Part shown: positions 38,801-48,651 of the stretch, piece after piece
Layout: the number at the start of each line of letters is the position of its first letter
Position numbering within the stretch: the first letter of the stretch is position 1
DNA from: Candidatus Thorarchaeota archaeon
GTDB lineage: Archaea; Asgardarchaeota; Thorarchaeia; Thorarchaeales; Thorarchaeaceae
Length of the DNA stretch: 64,000 bases
NCBI GenBank assembly: GCA_030612005.1
Contig: JAUWOU010000002.1
Location: 915 to 64,914 of the forward strand
Reading direction: 5' to 3'
Notes under the pieces: model-generated
What the model was told of the DNA's origin: nothing
The model's database searches: none
The model's input: only the letters and a program-made list of their open reading frames with translations
Translations under genes and position numbers: made by a program

Positions 38801-39422
38801 TAATCCGACCGAAGTAGATGATGAAAGTCACAATATGGAGGTCTGTAGACGATATCCTGCTCAATTCTATGAGATGGTATCAGAAGCAAGACATCCAAGA
38901 GATGTAGAGAGTCTTGTTGATATCATATCATCTCGCCTGAACACTCTTGTACAATACGAAGGATTTGGTTTTACGCACAATACAACATCTTTTGATATTG
39001 GACCTAAGAATTCTAGATACAAAATTTTGGATACTATGAATGACAAACTTGAGGCTCAGTTGCGTCTTGCCACTTTAATTAGAGCTGTAGATTCACAGGA
39101 TGTCGCTCAGCGTGTTCTCTCAACCCATTTCTTCCGTGATATACGTGGGAATTTACGAGCATATTCTACACAAAAGATTCGATGTCTTAAGTGCAATCGT
39201 ACATACCGAAGGGTACCTATCTCAGGTAAATGTGTGTGTGGTGAATCGAAACTATCCCTTACAGTGAGGCAGAAGAATATCTCAAAATACCTTCAGGTTA
39301 CCGAGAAAATCATACTCGATCACGGTCTTGATCAGTATATGCAAGAACGATTGAAACTGATTACTGCGTCACTAGATTCTTTGTTTGTATCTGAACAGAC
39401 ATCTCTCACAGACTTTTTTTGA
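35880..39422 (+). CDS. DNA polymerase II (PolD) large subunit DP2
   Basis: N-terminus YFESLNEEIGRIYAVAELARMKGYDPTTRVE. Internal zinc-binding clusters (CPKCELKTFESRCPKCR; CLKCNRTYRRVPISGKC). 1180 aa with no intein. Confidence 0.9.
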   Translation: MTESEHELPPHSIAYSLYFESLNEEIGRIYAVAELARMKGYDPTTRVEIPPAHDVAARVEATLEGPKGVAKRIRELQKTMSREQVAFAVAKEIAEGTLGGITDIEKAAEKAVRVALAILTESITAAPLEGIARVRIRGSDENRYLALYLAGPIRAAGGTEAAMTVLVADYVRQVLELPAFKSTEEETERALEEVELYARNVHLQYPVHPELVKFAAARLPIMLTGDPTEEFEVSGSRDLNRIETNRVRGGAVLVLNDGVVGRAAKLAKIVNEANIKGWDWLDEVASKMSKDSTQEEDSADKKLEPKDDYLADVIGGRPVFSHPQRLGGFRLRYGRSRNTGLAGVGVHPATMYILEEFLATGTHIRTERPGKGSIVAPVDTIEGPIVLMKDGSVVRFVGLDDARGFEGKIEQILFVGDILVALGEFIENNHPLVPSGYCEEWWSHDLEHAISKLSATQLTSRLKGSDLTPQTFNAIIESPLTIIPTPAQAVHLSKKLNIPLHPYYLYRWAALSIDEVRNLREWILTKHRISKKDDGHIVLPFVRKYKTMLENMGIPHKFSENRKKLILTDDPITILVQLGPDTKSPKGKNTLEMLNSVSDVTLRDKVGFAIGARMGRPEKAQERRMKPPVQSLFPVGRSKGSERRIDEVAKSVQYVSTLDSFDENNDIDTKIPEVSGVKLELVARKCPKCELKTFESRCPKCRTHTEIELWCGEEGCGRAIDPVKGMCPVNHNPNMIRKTRMVPVDLKALLERVKEEVGEFETHGVRGVLGLTSEYKIPEYLGKGILRAKHDVYCYRDGTARFDATDAPLTHFTPKEIGVPVSRLRELGYLIDYDGAPLVSEDQVVELKVQDVVIPENCADYLLRVGRFVDDCLEKMYNLPRYYNFNSQEDVIGQLVIGLAPHTSAGIIGRLVGFTNASVCYAHPYWHAAKRRNCDGDEDALILVLDALLNFSKSYLPAGRGGLMDAPLVLSVILNPTEVDDESHNMEVCRRYPAQFYEMVSEARHPRDVESLVDIISSRLNTLVQYEGFGFTHNTTSFDIGPKNSRYKILDTMNDKLEAQLRLATLIRAVDSQDVAQRVLSTHFFRDIRGNLRAYSTQKIRCLKCNRTYRRVPISGKCVCGESKLSLTVRQKNISKYLQVTEKIILDHGLDQYMQERLKLITASLDSLFVSEQTSLTDFF

Positions 39423-39434
39423 AAACTAATCTGT

Positions 39435-40283
39435 TTAAACATCAAGTGCAAGTTTCAGCAGATTTCGATCTTCAATCATACCAATTAGATTGCCAGCTGC
39501 AGAAAGGACTGGAGCTTGATCAATATCTTCCTTTCGAATAGTTTTTACACATTCCGAGATTGTTGTAAGTTCACTCAAATTGATTATATTCTTCGTCATC
39601 GCTTCTGAAACTGGAATATTTGGTAGTTTGAGAATCTTTTTTGTAACAACAAGGAAGTCCTTTGATGTCCAACCCCAATCAACTGAACTATCTTGACCAC
39701 TGAAAGTTGTTGATATATTATCTTCAACAGTCACCTCGGAAAGACGAATATAATCACTGACTGTAATCATTCCTGACACGCCTCCACCTTCATTGATTAG
39801 AACAAGCGCATTCTTCCCAGCCATGTCCATTACCATATAGGTCAAAGGTAGCGGAGTCTGTTCCCAAACCGCTGTTATCTCTCTCGTGACCAAATCAATA
39901 ATCTCTTTCGAACCAATTTTGTCATTATCTTCCAATGTGGCTCCTAATATGTCTGGAATTGAAATCAAACCGACAAGATTACCTTTCTCAACAACAGGGA
40001 GCCTTCTGTAATTCTTCTCAAGCATGAGTTTAGTAGCTGTCTTGAGTTCAGTTCTAGGAGTAACAGTATCTGGGTCTCTATTCATCAACATTCCAAGTTG
40101 ATTTTCATCTGCTTTTCTTAGAAGATCTGTCCTAGTTACAATACCAACCAAGGTCTTTGAACCTTTTTTCACAACTGGAACACCATTGACTTGTTTCTCT
40201 GCCATAATTTGAAGGACATCTTCTCTGGTTCCAGGCACTGAAACGTAAATCACGTCCGATTGCATACAGTCTTTGACCATCAT
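39435..40283 (-). CDS. CBS-domain protein (two CBS pairs)
   Basis: Repeated CBS-like units (DVIYVSVPGTREDVLQIMAEKQVNGVPVV; LVGLISIPDIL). Confidence 0.65.
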   Translation of the reverse strand: MMVKDCMQSDVIYVSVPGTREDVLQIMAEKQVNGVPVVKKGSKTLVGIVTRTDLLRKADENQLGMLMNRDPDTVTPRTELKTATKLMLEKNYRRLPVVEKGNLVGLISIPDILGATLEDNDKIGSKEIIDLVTREITAVWEQTPLPLTYMVMDMAGKNALVLINEGGGVSGMITVSDYIRLSEVTVEDNISTTFSGQDSSVDWGWTSKDFLVVTKKILKLPNIPVSEAMTKNIINLSELTTISECVKTIRKEDIDQAPVLSAAGNLIGMIEDRNLLKLALDV

Positions 40284-40497
40284 TGTCAGAATTACTCCGG
40301 TTCGATAATAACTCGAAAGTATTTACAGTTCACTCACACAGAGTTACAGTCTATTCAGTGAAACTGCATCTACCGACTTTACTCGTTACATACCTTTTAT
40401 GTTTAGCGTTCATTCTAAATTGGAAAAATTTGAACTTCTGTCCTTTTTCCCTTTAGGGAATGAAACTGGAGTCTTTAACATGAATTGATGATTATAT

Positions 40498-41073
40498 TCA
40501 CCATGGGTTTTTCTTGAGCCCAAGAAGATACACTATTGCATTACTAATCCAATGGATGCCAAGTGTTGTTAGAACTAGAATAACAATGAAGATGGACCCT
40601 GGTTGAATTAATGGATACGCAAAAATCAACGCCATGATTATGAACCCAAGCTGGTCCATAAAGGGAGAGGGGTTCCCACTCTTTACATTGACTCGCCTTT
40701 TTATGAACGATCCAACAATGTCGCCAGTGAGAGCTCCGACAGCCATCAAAACTGCAACTGGAACTTGCATATAGAGAACCAATTCCATTGCGGGTGTTAC
40801 AGTGACGAACTGTGCTAGTATAGGATGTAAATATGGAGCTGCAAACATCTGCCCAATACCAATTAAGACTCCAAAGATAATACCGACAATGAAACCTCGA
40901 ATCGTTTTTCCATCACCGAGTATTCTACGACCATCACTAAAGAATCGCCCTCCATCAATTGCGCTTCCCCCACCACCTAGGACGGGAGTTGCATTTGCAA
41001 TCCACGCTGGAAGTCCAAACCATATAGCCAATTCTAATAGGGCAAGTTCTTCATACATCAGATGAGGCTCCAT
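40498..41073 (-). CDS. carS: CDP-archaeol synthase-like membrane protein (CarS/DUF46 family)
   Basis: About 190 aa with 5 TM helices and PVLGGGGSAIDGGRFFSDGRRILGDGKTIRGF (the family's conserved GKT-containing loop). Confidence 0.55.
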   Translation of the reverse strand: MEPHLMYEELALLELAIWFGLPAWIANATPVLGGGGSAIDGGRFFSDGRRILGDGKTIRGFIVGIIFGVLIGIGQMFAAPYLHPILAQFVTVTPAMELVLYMQVPVAVLMAVGALTGDIVGSFIKRRVNVKSGNPSPFMDQLGFIIMALIFAYPLIQPGSIFIVILVLTTLGIHWISNAIVYLLGLKKNPW

Positions 41074-41096
41074 ATCTGCGATTTACCAAGTCAATT

Positions 41097-41786
41097 TCAC
41101 TCTTTCTCATTGGTACGTTCAACTGAGAAGCCAGATTCTGTAAGGAAAAGTCGCCCCTCTGATATATCACCTTCAGGTACAAGTCTTCTCAATAATCGTT
41201 CTCCTGAGGATTTTCCTATCATCATCTTAATTACATAATCAGACCAATAATCTAAGATATTTTTAGCAACCGGCTCAACGTCATCTAATCCCTTTAATCT
41301 AGATGTGACCTGATTCAATACAATTACTGCAATATCGTTATGTCTAGCTAATCCCTTTAAAACACCAGCCTGTCGATTGAGTTCACGATGATTAGCATAG
41401 TTTGTTTTCTTGTCCTCGAGCGCCAATCTGTAATGCTTTGTAAGAGTATCAATAACAACTAATCGTGTGTTCTTACGGATGTACAGATTCAAGTCGTCAA
41501 TTAGTACACCCTGCTCACTAAATCCCTTAGGTACGAAGATCTTGACTAGAGTTTCAATGTCACTGAATGACTTTCCTGTCATCAGCTCTAGCCGTTCAAC
41601 AGGGGATGTTGTTTCTGAATTAATGTAGATGGTGCCCCATCCTTGCCTATACATTGCCCTTACAAATTGTAATCCAAAAGTAGTCTTTCCTGCAGCTGCT
41701 TCACCATAAACATGGGTGAAGATCCCAGTATTCAGACCACCATTCATTATTCGATCCAGAAGGGAAACGCCTGACGGAAGAATCAA
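41097..41786 (-). CDS. radB: RadB-like recombinase paralog
   Basis: GVSLLDRIMNGGLNTGIFTHVYGEAAAGKTTFGLQF carries the Walker A motif. About 229 aa, typical of RadB. Confidence 0.75.
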   Translation of the reverse strand: MILPSGVSLLDRIMNGGLNTGIFTHVYGEAAAGKTTFGLQFVRAMYRQGWGTIYINSETTSPVERLELMTGKSFSDIETLVKIFVPKGFSEQGVLIDDLNLYIRKNTRLVVIDTLTKHYRLALEDKKTNYANHRELNRQAGVLKGLARHNDIAVIVLNQVTSRLKGLDDVEPVAKNILDYWSDYVIKMMIGKSSGERLLRRLVPEGDISEGRLFLTESGFSVERTNEKE

Positions 41787-41849
41787 AAATGCCTCACTAT
41801 TTACTTATAATAACCGCTCAGTGATAAGCATATCTGGAGGACTCTATTC

Positions 41850-42608
41850 ATGCCAAGATGGGAAGCTGCAATTGCCACCGAGAACCCGAAAATACTCTAT
41901 CATGTGGTACAGCTCCTAAAAAAGCTCGAAATAAAATTCGTCATTTGCTCTCCATCAGATCACCGATGTGACCACGCTCATATTGTAATAACCGGTCCTG
42001 ATGACAATTTTGAGCAACATGAGCGAAAGATAGAGGTTACTGAGGATTTCGATACTGCTTTTGTTAGAATAGAGTTGATGTCCAAACTACACGATTTACA
42101 TGCCCCATCCAAGGCAGTAGTTGGAATAGATCCTGGGATGACTTTCGGAGTAGCCTTGGTCATTGATGGGATTCCTGTTTATAGTAACTCTCTTTCATCA
42201 CCTGAATCTGTAATGATTTTAACCCAACAACTAGTAAACCATTCAAAGACTCTATTTCCCGAATGCCAGACGGTTGTTCGCATTGGAACTGGTTCCAATC
42301 TTTATGCCACTTTATTATTGAGGTCTACTAAGAATATTAGAACGACACTACCGATTGAGCTAGTAAATGAGCATAATACTACAATTACTGGTGGAGCAAG
42401 ATCAGACGAGTCTGCAGCTATACTAATTGCAGGAAGAAGTGGACGGTTTGTAGTGGACTCTGATATGAACCTTGAACCTAAAGAAGGATATGTCCGTTCA
42501 CTGAAACAGTTTGTGACTAAACTAACGAGAGGGAAGAAATCCATCACATCGAAAGAAGCACGTGCAATACTAATTGGAGATTCCGCGCTTGAGGATTTGA
42601 TTGCATAG
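41850..42608 (+). CDS. Conserved hypothetical protein with a RuvC/YqgF-like (RNase H-fold) motif in its C-terminal half
   Basis: VVGIDPGMTFGVALVIDGIPV resembles the first beta-strand/catalytic-Asp block of RuvC/YqgF-like nucleases. Weak evidence. Confidence 0.35.
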   Translation: MPRWEAAIATENPKILYHVVQLLKKLEIKFVICSPSDHRCDHAHIVITGPDDNFEQHERKIEVTEDFDTAFVRIELMSKLHDLHAPSKAVVGIDPGMTFGVALVIDGIPVYSNSLSSPESVMILTQQLVNHSKTLFPECQTVVRIGTGSNLYATLLLRSTKNIRTTLPIELVNEHNTTITGGARSDESAAILIAGRSGRFVVDSDMNLEPKEGYVRSLKQFVTKLTRGKKSITSKEARAILIGDSALEDLIA

Positions 42609-42609
42609 G

Positions 42610-44589
42610 TTAGGTCATGAAAAAACTCTCAACTTGATGTGCCACATCTTCCGGATTATCAGAAACTACTTGCATCACTTCCTTTAGCCATGAAGGGATG
42701 AATCGTGACAGGTATTTAGTTGCAAACCTCTGATCGAGCATCACAATTGCCCCTCTATCGTCCAACCTTCGTACCGGTCTTCCTGCAGATTGAATTGCCC
42801 GTGTCATGGCAGGTAGTACGTATGCATAATCTCTACCTTTTTGATTGAAGGCTGAATCATAGTACGTAATGAGTGCCTCCATTCTGGGAGTAGGTCTGGC
42901 ATAGGGAACTCCAACGACAACAACGCTCTCCATTGTGGAGCCTGGAAAGTCACCACCCTCCGAATTACGACCTCCCTGTACACCTAACAGTACTGCTCCT
43001 CCCTTCTCACCTTGTCTCTTATAATCCTCAATCATCTTGTCATTATCTGTGCCTTTCATTCCTGGACGTTCAATGAACAGTTTTCTCTTCAATCGCTTTT
43101 CAAGACCTGCTTCAATAAGCGATCTACCAATCGAGTAACTTGAAGTAAAAATACCAGTATTTCCTGGGGTTGCATTAGCAACAGCAAGACAATGGTCAAC
43201 CATCCTCCCAAAAGTATTGCCATTCCTATTTTGGAAAGATGTATCCAATCCACTCACAATTAATCCAAGTCTATTTCTAATTGCAAATGGGCTCTGGAAT
43301 GTGACTTGTGTAGATTCAGAACCAAATCCGAGCATCTCCGCATAGGCATCAAGTGGTGATAATGTTCCAGATATTGCTACAGAACTATGGACCATATTCA
43401 GAACGGGGCTTGTAACAGAGGTTGGATCTAATGCAACCAGGTCAAGAGATACTCTCTTTGTACTTCCTCTGGTAATTGATGATGATAAGATAAAGGAATA
43501 ATCCTCTCTATCAACACATCTTAGCCAGGATAACAAGAACTCTGCTACTCTATGAATTGCAGAGCGTGGAAACTTTCCTGCTTTGAGAAGTCCTTTCTTA
43601 ATCTTCGCTCCATGATCTTGCATATGATGTAGGATCCGTTCACCTGAATCAAGACCAGCTGATTTGACAGACATATCCACTATATCACGTGGATTCACTA
43701 TTTTCTCATTATTTTCCTTCAAATCAGAGGACAACTCTAATAGCATCTTTGTAAGCGCTCGACAGAACTCATGTGATGTCCCATCCTTGTATGGACCATC
43801 TTTTGCTTCTCTGGTGGCCTGCCTGACAATTCTAAGTGTTAACGAATCACTTGCCGAGTCCAAGGCAGTTGCTGGAACATTGTGTGCCTCATCCTGAACA
43901 AGCACAATCTTTGATAAGGGTGTTCCAAGATCTGGCACAAAAACTTCGAGAATCCATGGGTCGAAAACATACAGGTAGGAGAGCGCTACTACATCCACCA
44001 CTTTTGCTAAACGTTTTGCCATCTCATATGGACACATAGATTTGCTTTCTGCAAGATTCACAATTTCTGGTGCTGTCAAAACTCTCTTAGGGGCATCTTC
44101 CAAAAGATCCTCAGGGTCTCCAGCTTTCTTGAGCTTTTCATAGTACGAGCACCTACCAGTGGCCTTCAGTTGTCCACAAACTTCACTTATCGGTGCAACA
44201 AAGTCTGCATTCTCAATAACAAATGGATTCACACACATATGCCTTCTACCACGGAATGAAACCCCTGAAACATCCTGACGCTTAGATATTTCAACCAACT
44301 CTTCAACAACACGATCAAGTTGTCTATGTGTTCTTGCACAGTAGAGTATTTTCCCATTGTTCTCTTTGACCCAAGGAAGAATTCCGCTCAATGTCACACA
44401 CGTCTTTCCAAATCCATTTGGCGCTTCTGAGCAGATATTCACTCCAGTTCTAACAGCCTCCTCTATTGCAAACATCATCTCATTCTGACCTTTACGCGGC
44501 TCAGGATATGGAAAGAACTCTTTGTAGCTGTTAGAATCAATAGTCATGGGAATTCCAATGATGAGTCCCTCTATGACCTTGATAACCAT
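42610..44589 (-). CDS. xpd: XPD/Rad3-family 5'-3' DNA helicase with a FeS domain
   Basis: FPYPEPRKGQNEMM...APNGFGKT (Walker A), four cysteines of the FeS domain (CVNPF...C...C..C), VLVQDEAHNV (DEAH), and C-terminal helicase motifs. Confidence 0.8.
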   Translation of the reverse strand: MVIKVIEGLIIGIPMTIDSNSYKEFFPYPEPRKGQNEMMFAIEEAVRTGVNICSEAPNGFGKTCVTLSGILPWVKENNGKILYCARTHRQLDRVVEELVEISKRQDVSGVSFRGRRHMCVNPFVIENADFVAPISEVCGQLKATGRCSYYEKLKKAGDPEDLLEDAPKRVLTAPEIVNLAESKSMCPYEMAKRLAKVVDVVALSYLYVFDPWILEVFVPDLGTPLSKIVLVQDEAHNVPATALDSASDSLTLRIVRQATREAKDGPYKDGTSHEFCRALTKMLLELSSDLKENNEKIVNPRDIVDMSVKSAGLDSGERILHHMQDHGAKIKKGLLKAGKFPRSAIHRVAEFLLSWLRCVDREDYSFILSSSITRGSTKRVSLDLVALDPTSVTSPVLNMVHSSVAISGTLSPLDAYAEMLGFGSESTQVTFQSPFAIRNRLGLIVSGLDTSFQNRNGNTFGRMVDHCLAVANATPGNTGIFTSSYSIGRSLIEAGLEKRLKRKLFIERPGMKGTDNDKMIEDYKRQGEKGGAVLLGVQGGRNSEGGDFPGSTMESVVVVGVPYARPTPRMEALITYYDSAFNQKGRDYAYVLPAMTRAIQSAGRPVRRLDDRGAIVMLDQRFATKYLSRFIPSWLKEVMQVVSDNPEDVAHQVESFFMT

Positions 44590-44658
44590 GTTGTTTTCTG
44601 GCGCGAAATAAACTGTCCATGAATTGTCGGTACTGATTTATTCAAGTATATAGTCATC

Positions 44659-45018
44659 TTGTCTGTGGTCTTTATGACAATTGATGACATCTCTGAATTA
44701 ACCTCGGAAACATCCATTGGAACGGTCAAAATTCGCATTCTGAACCTTGAGAATGGTCTGTTACTGTTATTTTCAGATAAGGAACAATACCGTCTAGGTA
44801 TTTCTGCTGTTGCAATTCCTCCAGGTCAAGGTCGTTCAGAACCCACCTCGACTGCAGCATTTACCGTGGGTTTGGATATCACACTTGTTCGAACAATGGC
44901 AGAAAGAGTTGCATCTTGGACTAATAACACATGTATGGTGGTGTCAGGAGTTACACAACTAAATCGTGATGTCATGATGGAGCTTCTATCAGCTCTCAGA
45001 GACCACCTTGTGACGTGA
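44659..45018 (+). CDS. Hypothetical protein
   Basis: 119 aa with no family recognised. Confidence 0.3.
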   Translation: MSVVFMTIDDISELTSETSIGTVKIRILNLENGLLLLFSDKEQYRLGISAVAIPPGQGRSEPTSTAAFTVGLDITLVRTMAERVASWTNNTCMVVSGVTQLNRDVMMELLSALRDHLVT

Positions 45019-45211
45019 TGAATTCGATTACTTCTCTTATCCATCTACCAGTATCTTCAATATCACTAATTTTGTCTAGATATTCTTCCCATGAAAGACC
45101 AGCTGCAGTTTCCCATTTTTCATGCATCTCTTTCAGATTGGTAGATGCGGTTTGGTGATAGGGACAGAACTCATCTTGCTTATCTCTACCACAAATTGGG
45201 CAGTTATTCAC
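44996..45211 (-). CDS. Small zinc-ribbon protein, translationally coupled (4-nt overlap) downstream of the topoisomerase gene
   Basis: Zinc-ribbon-like CPICGRDKQDEFCPYH. Confidence 0.4.
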   Translation of the reverse strand: MNNCPICGRDKQDEFCPYHQTASTNLKEMHEKWETAAGLSWEEYLDKISDIEDTGRWIREVIEFITSQGGL

Positions 45212-47322
45212 GATTCATTGCCCTCCTCATCTTTCTTCGATTGCCTAGCTCGCCTCTTATCAAGTGCTTTGAGGTCTTCCTGTCTTCCGGGACATTCAGT
45301 CCAATTGATGCAGGTTTCCCATGTCCGCCTACCTGAAAATATCTTTATCATACGATGATCACAGTGAGGACACATTGTTTCAAGTGGCGCTAATCTTCCT
45401 TTTTGAGGGAGGGGAAATGTCTGATTACATACCCCATCTTTATAGTTTGAACAACCGACAAACCGTTTTCCGGTCTTTGGAGATTGCACAACTCTAAGAA
45501 CTCCATCGTCACATTTTGGACACGGTCCAAGTTCCTCGGTGTCCTTCCAATATCTCTGGAGTCCTTTGACAAGGTCCTCTCCTATTTGGTCCTCTCTATC
45601 CTTGAATTCTTCTAAAATTGAAAGCAAACTATTTTTGATTTTGACGAGTACGTTATCTCGATCTGTTTTTCCTTGCTGGATGTCTTCCATCTCTTTCTCC
45701 AATTGTCTTGTCATTTCTGGAGAGAGCATAGCTGGCATGTATTGGTCTAATGTTTCGTAAAGCGCATATCCAAGAGTTGATAGCTCAAAACTATCTCCTA
45801 TAGTATAACCTCTTGATCTTACAGAATCAACAATTCTTGACCTCGTCGATTTAGTTCCAAGATTCTCCCGTTCAAGTAATTTTAGAAGACTTGCAGGATT
45901 GAACCGAGCCGGTGGAAGAGTGTGTTTCTCTTCAGAATCCACTGATGTAAGTGGAATTGAATCACCCTCCTCAATATCTGGAAGTGCTTTCTCCTTTGTT
46001 TTGAAGTATGGTCCATAGTACTCAGTCCAACCTTGTTTCAGGATCTGAAGACCTCTTGTGTAGAGTCGATGACTTTCACAAACAATATCCGCTCTTAGAT
46101 GGTCTTTAACCAAAGGTTCTCCAAAAACGGAGAAGAATCTCCTCACAATCAAATCATACAGTTTCTTCTCACTTGGAGTTAGTCGCTTTGTTGGTTTTTC
46201 ACCTGTGGGATGTATTGCAGGATGCGCAGGGTCTGTCTTCTTACCTTGAACTGGACTGAGAGGTCCTTTCAGTATGATTTTTGCCATTGATGCATAATTC
46301 TTCATGGCACTTAGTCCAGTGAGGATTCCTTTGATATCCAGGGTATCAGGCAGTTGTTCACTACTTGTTCTAGGGTATGAGATTGCTGAATTGAGATAGA
46401 GTGACTGTGCAAGAGCCAAGGTACGACTCGGTTTGAAGCCCAAGTGTCTGTAGGCTTCAGATTGAAGAGAACTGAGATTGAAGGATGGATGTGGTTGTTG
46501 AGTGACAGTACGCCTGTTTATCTTGTCAACAATTGCAGTTTGTCCAGAAATGGTTTCTACTATTGCTTTTGCTTCTGATACTGTAGAGATTCGTTTCTTG
46601 AAGTATTCTAGTTCTAATTCTTCATTATTATGATGTGCAACTATCTGAATCATCCAATATGGCAATGGTACAAAGAGATTGATCTCTTTCTCACGCTGAG
46701 CAACATACGAAAGAGCGGGGCCTTGAACTCGTCCAGTAGAAACTATTTTGAACCAACCTGCAGCTTTCTTTATTGAAAGAGTGAGTGCTCTTGTCATATT
46801 GATTCCATACAACCAATCAACTTCGTGACGAACCTGACCTGATTCTATCAATGGAAAATCAAGATCTATCATATTCTCAAAAGCATGTTCTAGTTCCTTT
46901 TCAGTTAAAGCAGAGAACCTCATCCTTGCGGCTTGACTGGGTTCAGTTTTGCAAGCGTACAATAAGGTAAGGTATCCAATCAAACTACCCTCGATATCAT
47001 AATCCGTAGCAACAACAAACCTATCGATATCCTTTGAAAGTTTCTTAATCAGAGAAATTATGGGTTTGATATTAGTTGCTTTCTTGTCAACCTCATATTT
47101 TGGAACCCATTTATTTTCAAGACGAGGATATGTCCAACCTTTCTCTGTTTGTTTGAGTTCGAAGAGATGTCCTAATGCATAAACCACTACAAGTTCATCA
47201 TTTCCTCTTGTACATTCAAAGTAGCTTGTCTTTCCTTTCTTAATCTCTTTTGGAGAGTTGGAATCATCAAGAGCTTCGGCAATTTTCTTTGCAGCAGTTG
47301 GTTTTTCAGTGACGAGCATCAA
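45208..47322 (-). CDS. Type IA DNA topoisomerase (Topo III-like) with C-terminal zinc ribbons
   Basis: TOPRIM N-terminus LVTEKPTAAKKIAEAL with ELVVVYALGHLFEL. Active-site region near SYPRTSS. C-terminal CPKCDDG...C and CPHCDHRM zinc fingers. Confidence 0.85.
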   Translation of the reverse strand: MMLVTEKPTAAKKIAEALDDSNSPKEIKKGKTSYFECTRGNDELVVVYALGHLFELKQTEKGWTYPRLENKWVPKYEVDKKATNIKPIISLIKKLSKDIDRFVVATDYDIEGSLIGYLTLLYACKTEPSQAARMRFSALTEKELEHAFENMIDLDFPLIESGQVRHEVDWLYGINMTRALTLSIKKAAGWFKIVSTGRVQGPALSYVAQREKEINLFVPLPYWMIQIVAHHNNEELELEYFKKRISTVSEAKAIVETISGQTAIVDKINRRTVTQQPHPSFNLSSLQSEAYRHLGFKPSRTLALAQSLYLNSAISYPRTSSEQLPDTLDIKGILTGLSAMKNYASMAKIILKGPLSPVQGKKTDPAHPAIHPTGEKPTKRLTPSEKKLYDLIVRRFFSVFGEPLVKDHLRADIVCESHRLYTRGLQILKQGWTEYYGPYFKTKEKALPDIEEGDSIPLTSVDSEEKHTLPPARFNPASLLKLLERENLGTKSTRSRIVDSVRSRGYTIGDSFELSTLGYALYETLDQYMPAMLSPEMTRQLEKEMEDIQQGKTDRDNVLVKIKNSLLSILEEFKDREDQIGEDLVKGLQRYWKDTEELGPCPKCDDGVLRVVQSPKTGKRFVGCSNYKDGVCNQTFPLPQKGRLAPLETMCPHCDHRMIKIFSGRRTWETCINWTECPGRQEDLKALDKRRARQSKKDEEGNES

Positions 47323-47479
47323 TCGGGGCAGATTAATTCGCCTCTCTTACAGTTTGATAATCCATCGTTGGTTTTCCCTCTTAAATACGCGTTCTGAGTT
47401 ATTAATGTGATAGTACAATGTTGCATTTCTCGATACTCTTAAAAGCAGACTCAATTTCGAAACCGCTCGAGGTAACACT

Positions 47480-47902
47480 ATGCAACCCTGGTGGCCGAGG
47501 TTTATTGTAAAACCCAGAGTTCGACTTACGAGGCCGAGGTTTGGTATGCCAACCCGCCCTCCAGACACAGTTCTCTTTGGAATTATCTTCATAGCAGTTA
47601 TATTTGTCCTCGGTGGCAACATCTACACCCTAGTAAGAACTCCGCCTGCTATTGCAGGAGGAGCAGGTGGAACTCCTATCCTCATCTCCCCGGGCATAGA
47701 TTCTCAACTTGGTATGGAAGGAGTTGTTGCATCAGTTATCATCTTGATTGGTACAATGGGTCTTGGTTTAGTATACTATGGATCCAAGTATGTCTTTCAA
47801 CCTGGATATGCAACCAGATTGATGATCCTTGGAGTGATTCTTGCAAGTGTAGCATTTCTAATCTTCAGCTACCTCTGGGGAATCAAGACTGGAATGTTTT
47901 AG
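47480..47902 (+). CDS. Hypothetical membrane protein with 3-4 TM helices. The start is probably an internal Met (MPTRPPDTVLF).
   Basis: Hydrophobic helices with Gly-rich loops. Confidence 0.4.
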   Translation: MQPWWPRFIVKPRVRLTRPRFGMPTRPPDTVLFGIIFIAVIFVLGGNIYTLVRTPPAIAGGAGGTPILISPGIDSQLGMEGVVASVIILIGTMGLGLVYYGSKYVFQPGYATRLMILGVILASVAFLIFSYLWGIKTGMF

Positions 47903-47904
47903 AA

Positions 47905-48645
47905 TCATTCTTCTTCATCGTTTCTCAGTACACTTTGTAAAATAGTGCAAGGTATGTTTACTCTTTCAAAGAGAGTGGTAATGAGTTCATGCGCAATCTC
48001 TAGCTTGAGTACTTTCCTTTGAGGTGCGGTAAAGTGAGTTTCATGCGTTGGCTTGGACCACTTTCCCACTACTTTTCCAAAATCCATCCCTGCAAGAATG
48101 ACTCTCCTTGGTGAGTAATTAGTAACAACATAACAGGCTCTATCACCGTCTGTAAAACCTCCCCAAAGAAAAGCTCTCTCCGTTGGCTCTACCTGAGTAC
48201 TCCCAAGAACAGATCCAAGGCTTGGTACCATCTCTCTAATCTTGTCCATGTTATCCCCATGTCCATGAACAATAGCCAAAGCTCCATTCTGTATGGTTTG
48301 TTTGATATGGTTGTAATCTCCATCTAGGTCTGTAACAATGATGTCACACAGACAATTCTGTTCTAGTAGAAGTGATACTGCACCATCTGCAGCAACAAAG
48401 ACCAGGTCTTGGTAGTCACTTCTCTCTTTCAGTGTCTGTATATGCTGTTCAAGTGATGGACCAGCTCCACAAATTACAACTGTTCTGTTTCTTATCCTCT
48501 GTTCCAAGAGTTGTAATAATGGATCTGGATTGATATTTTTCAATAATTCTGTAAGCAACTGGGTAGCGCGGTTATCCATTATTGCATCTAGGTTTAGTCT
48601 TCTTACGATATCTTGGTAAATTGGTTGCCAATCTATCCAATCCAT
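47905..48645 (-). CDS. mptE: MptE-like 6-hydroxymethyl-7,8-dihydropterin pyrophosphokinase (archaeal HPPK, DUF115)
   Basis: VVICGAGPSLEQHI...VAADGAVSLLLE matches the family pattern. It is adjacent to dihydropteroate synthase. Confidence 0.65.
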   Translation of the reverse strand: MDWIDWQPIYQDIVRRLNLDAIMDNRATQLLTELLKNINPDPLLQLLEQRIRNRTVVICGAGPSLEQHIQTLKERSDYQDLVFVAADGAVSLLLEQNCLCDIIVTDLDGDYNHIKQTIQNGALAIVHGHGDNMDKIREMVPSLGSVLGSTQVEPTERAFLWGGFTDGDRACYVVTNYSPRRVILAGMDFGKVVGKWSKPTHETHFTAPQRKVLKLEIAHELITTLFERVNIPCTILQSVLRNDEEE

Positions 48646-48651
48646 CTTGTA

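Noticed and set aside
35880-39422. Intein in PolD DP2
   Set aside because: The length (1180 aa) and continuous conserved DP2 blocks leave no room for an insertion.
40284-40497. C/D-box sRNA in the carS-CBS intergenic region (a TGATGA box at about 40479)
   Set aside because: No appropriately spaced D box (CUGA) or C'/D' pair was found, and a single hexamer is insufficient.
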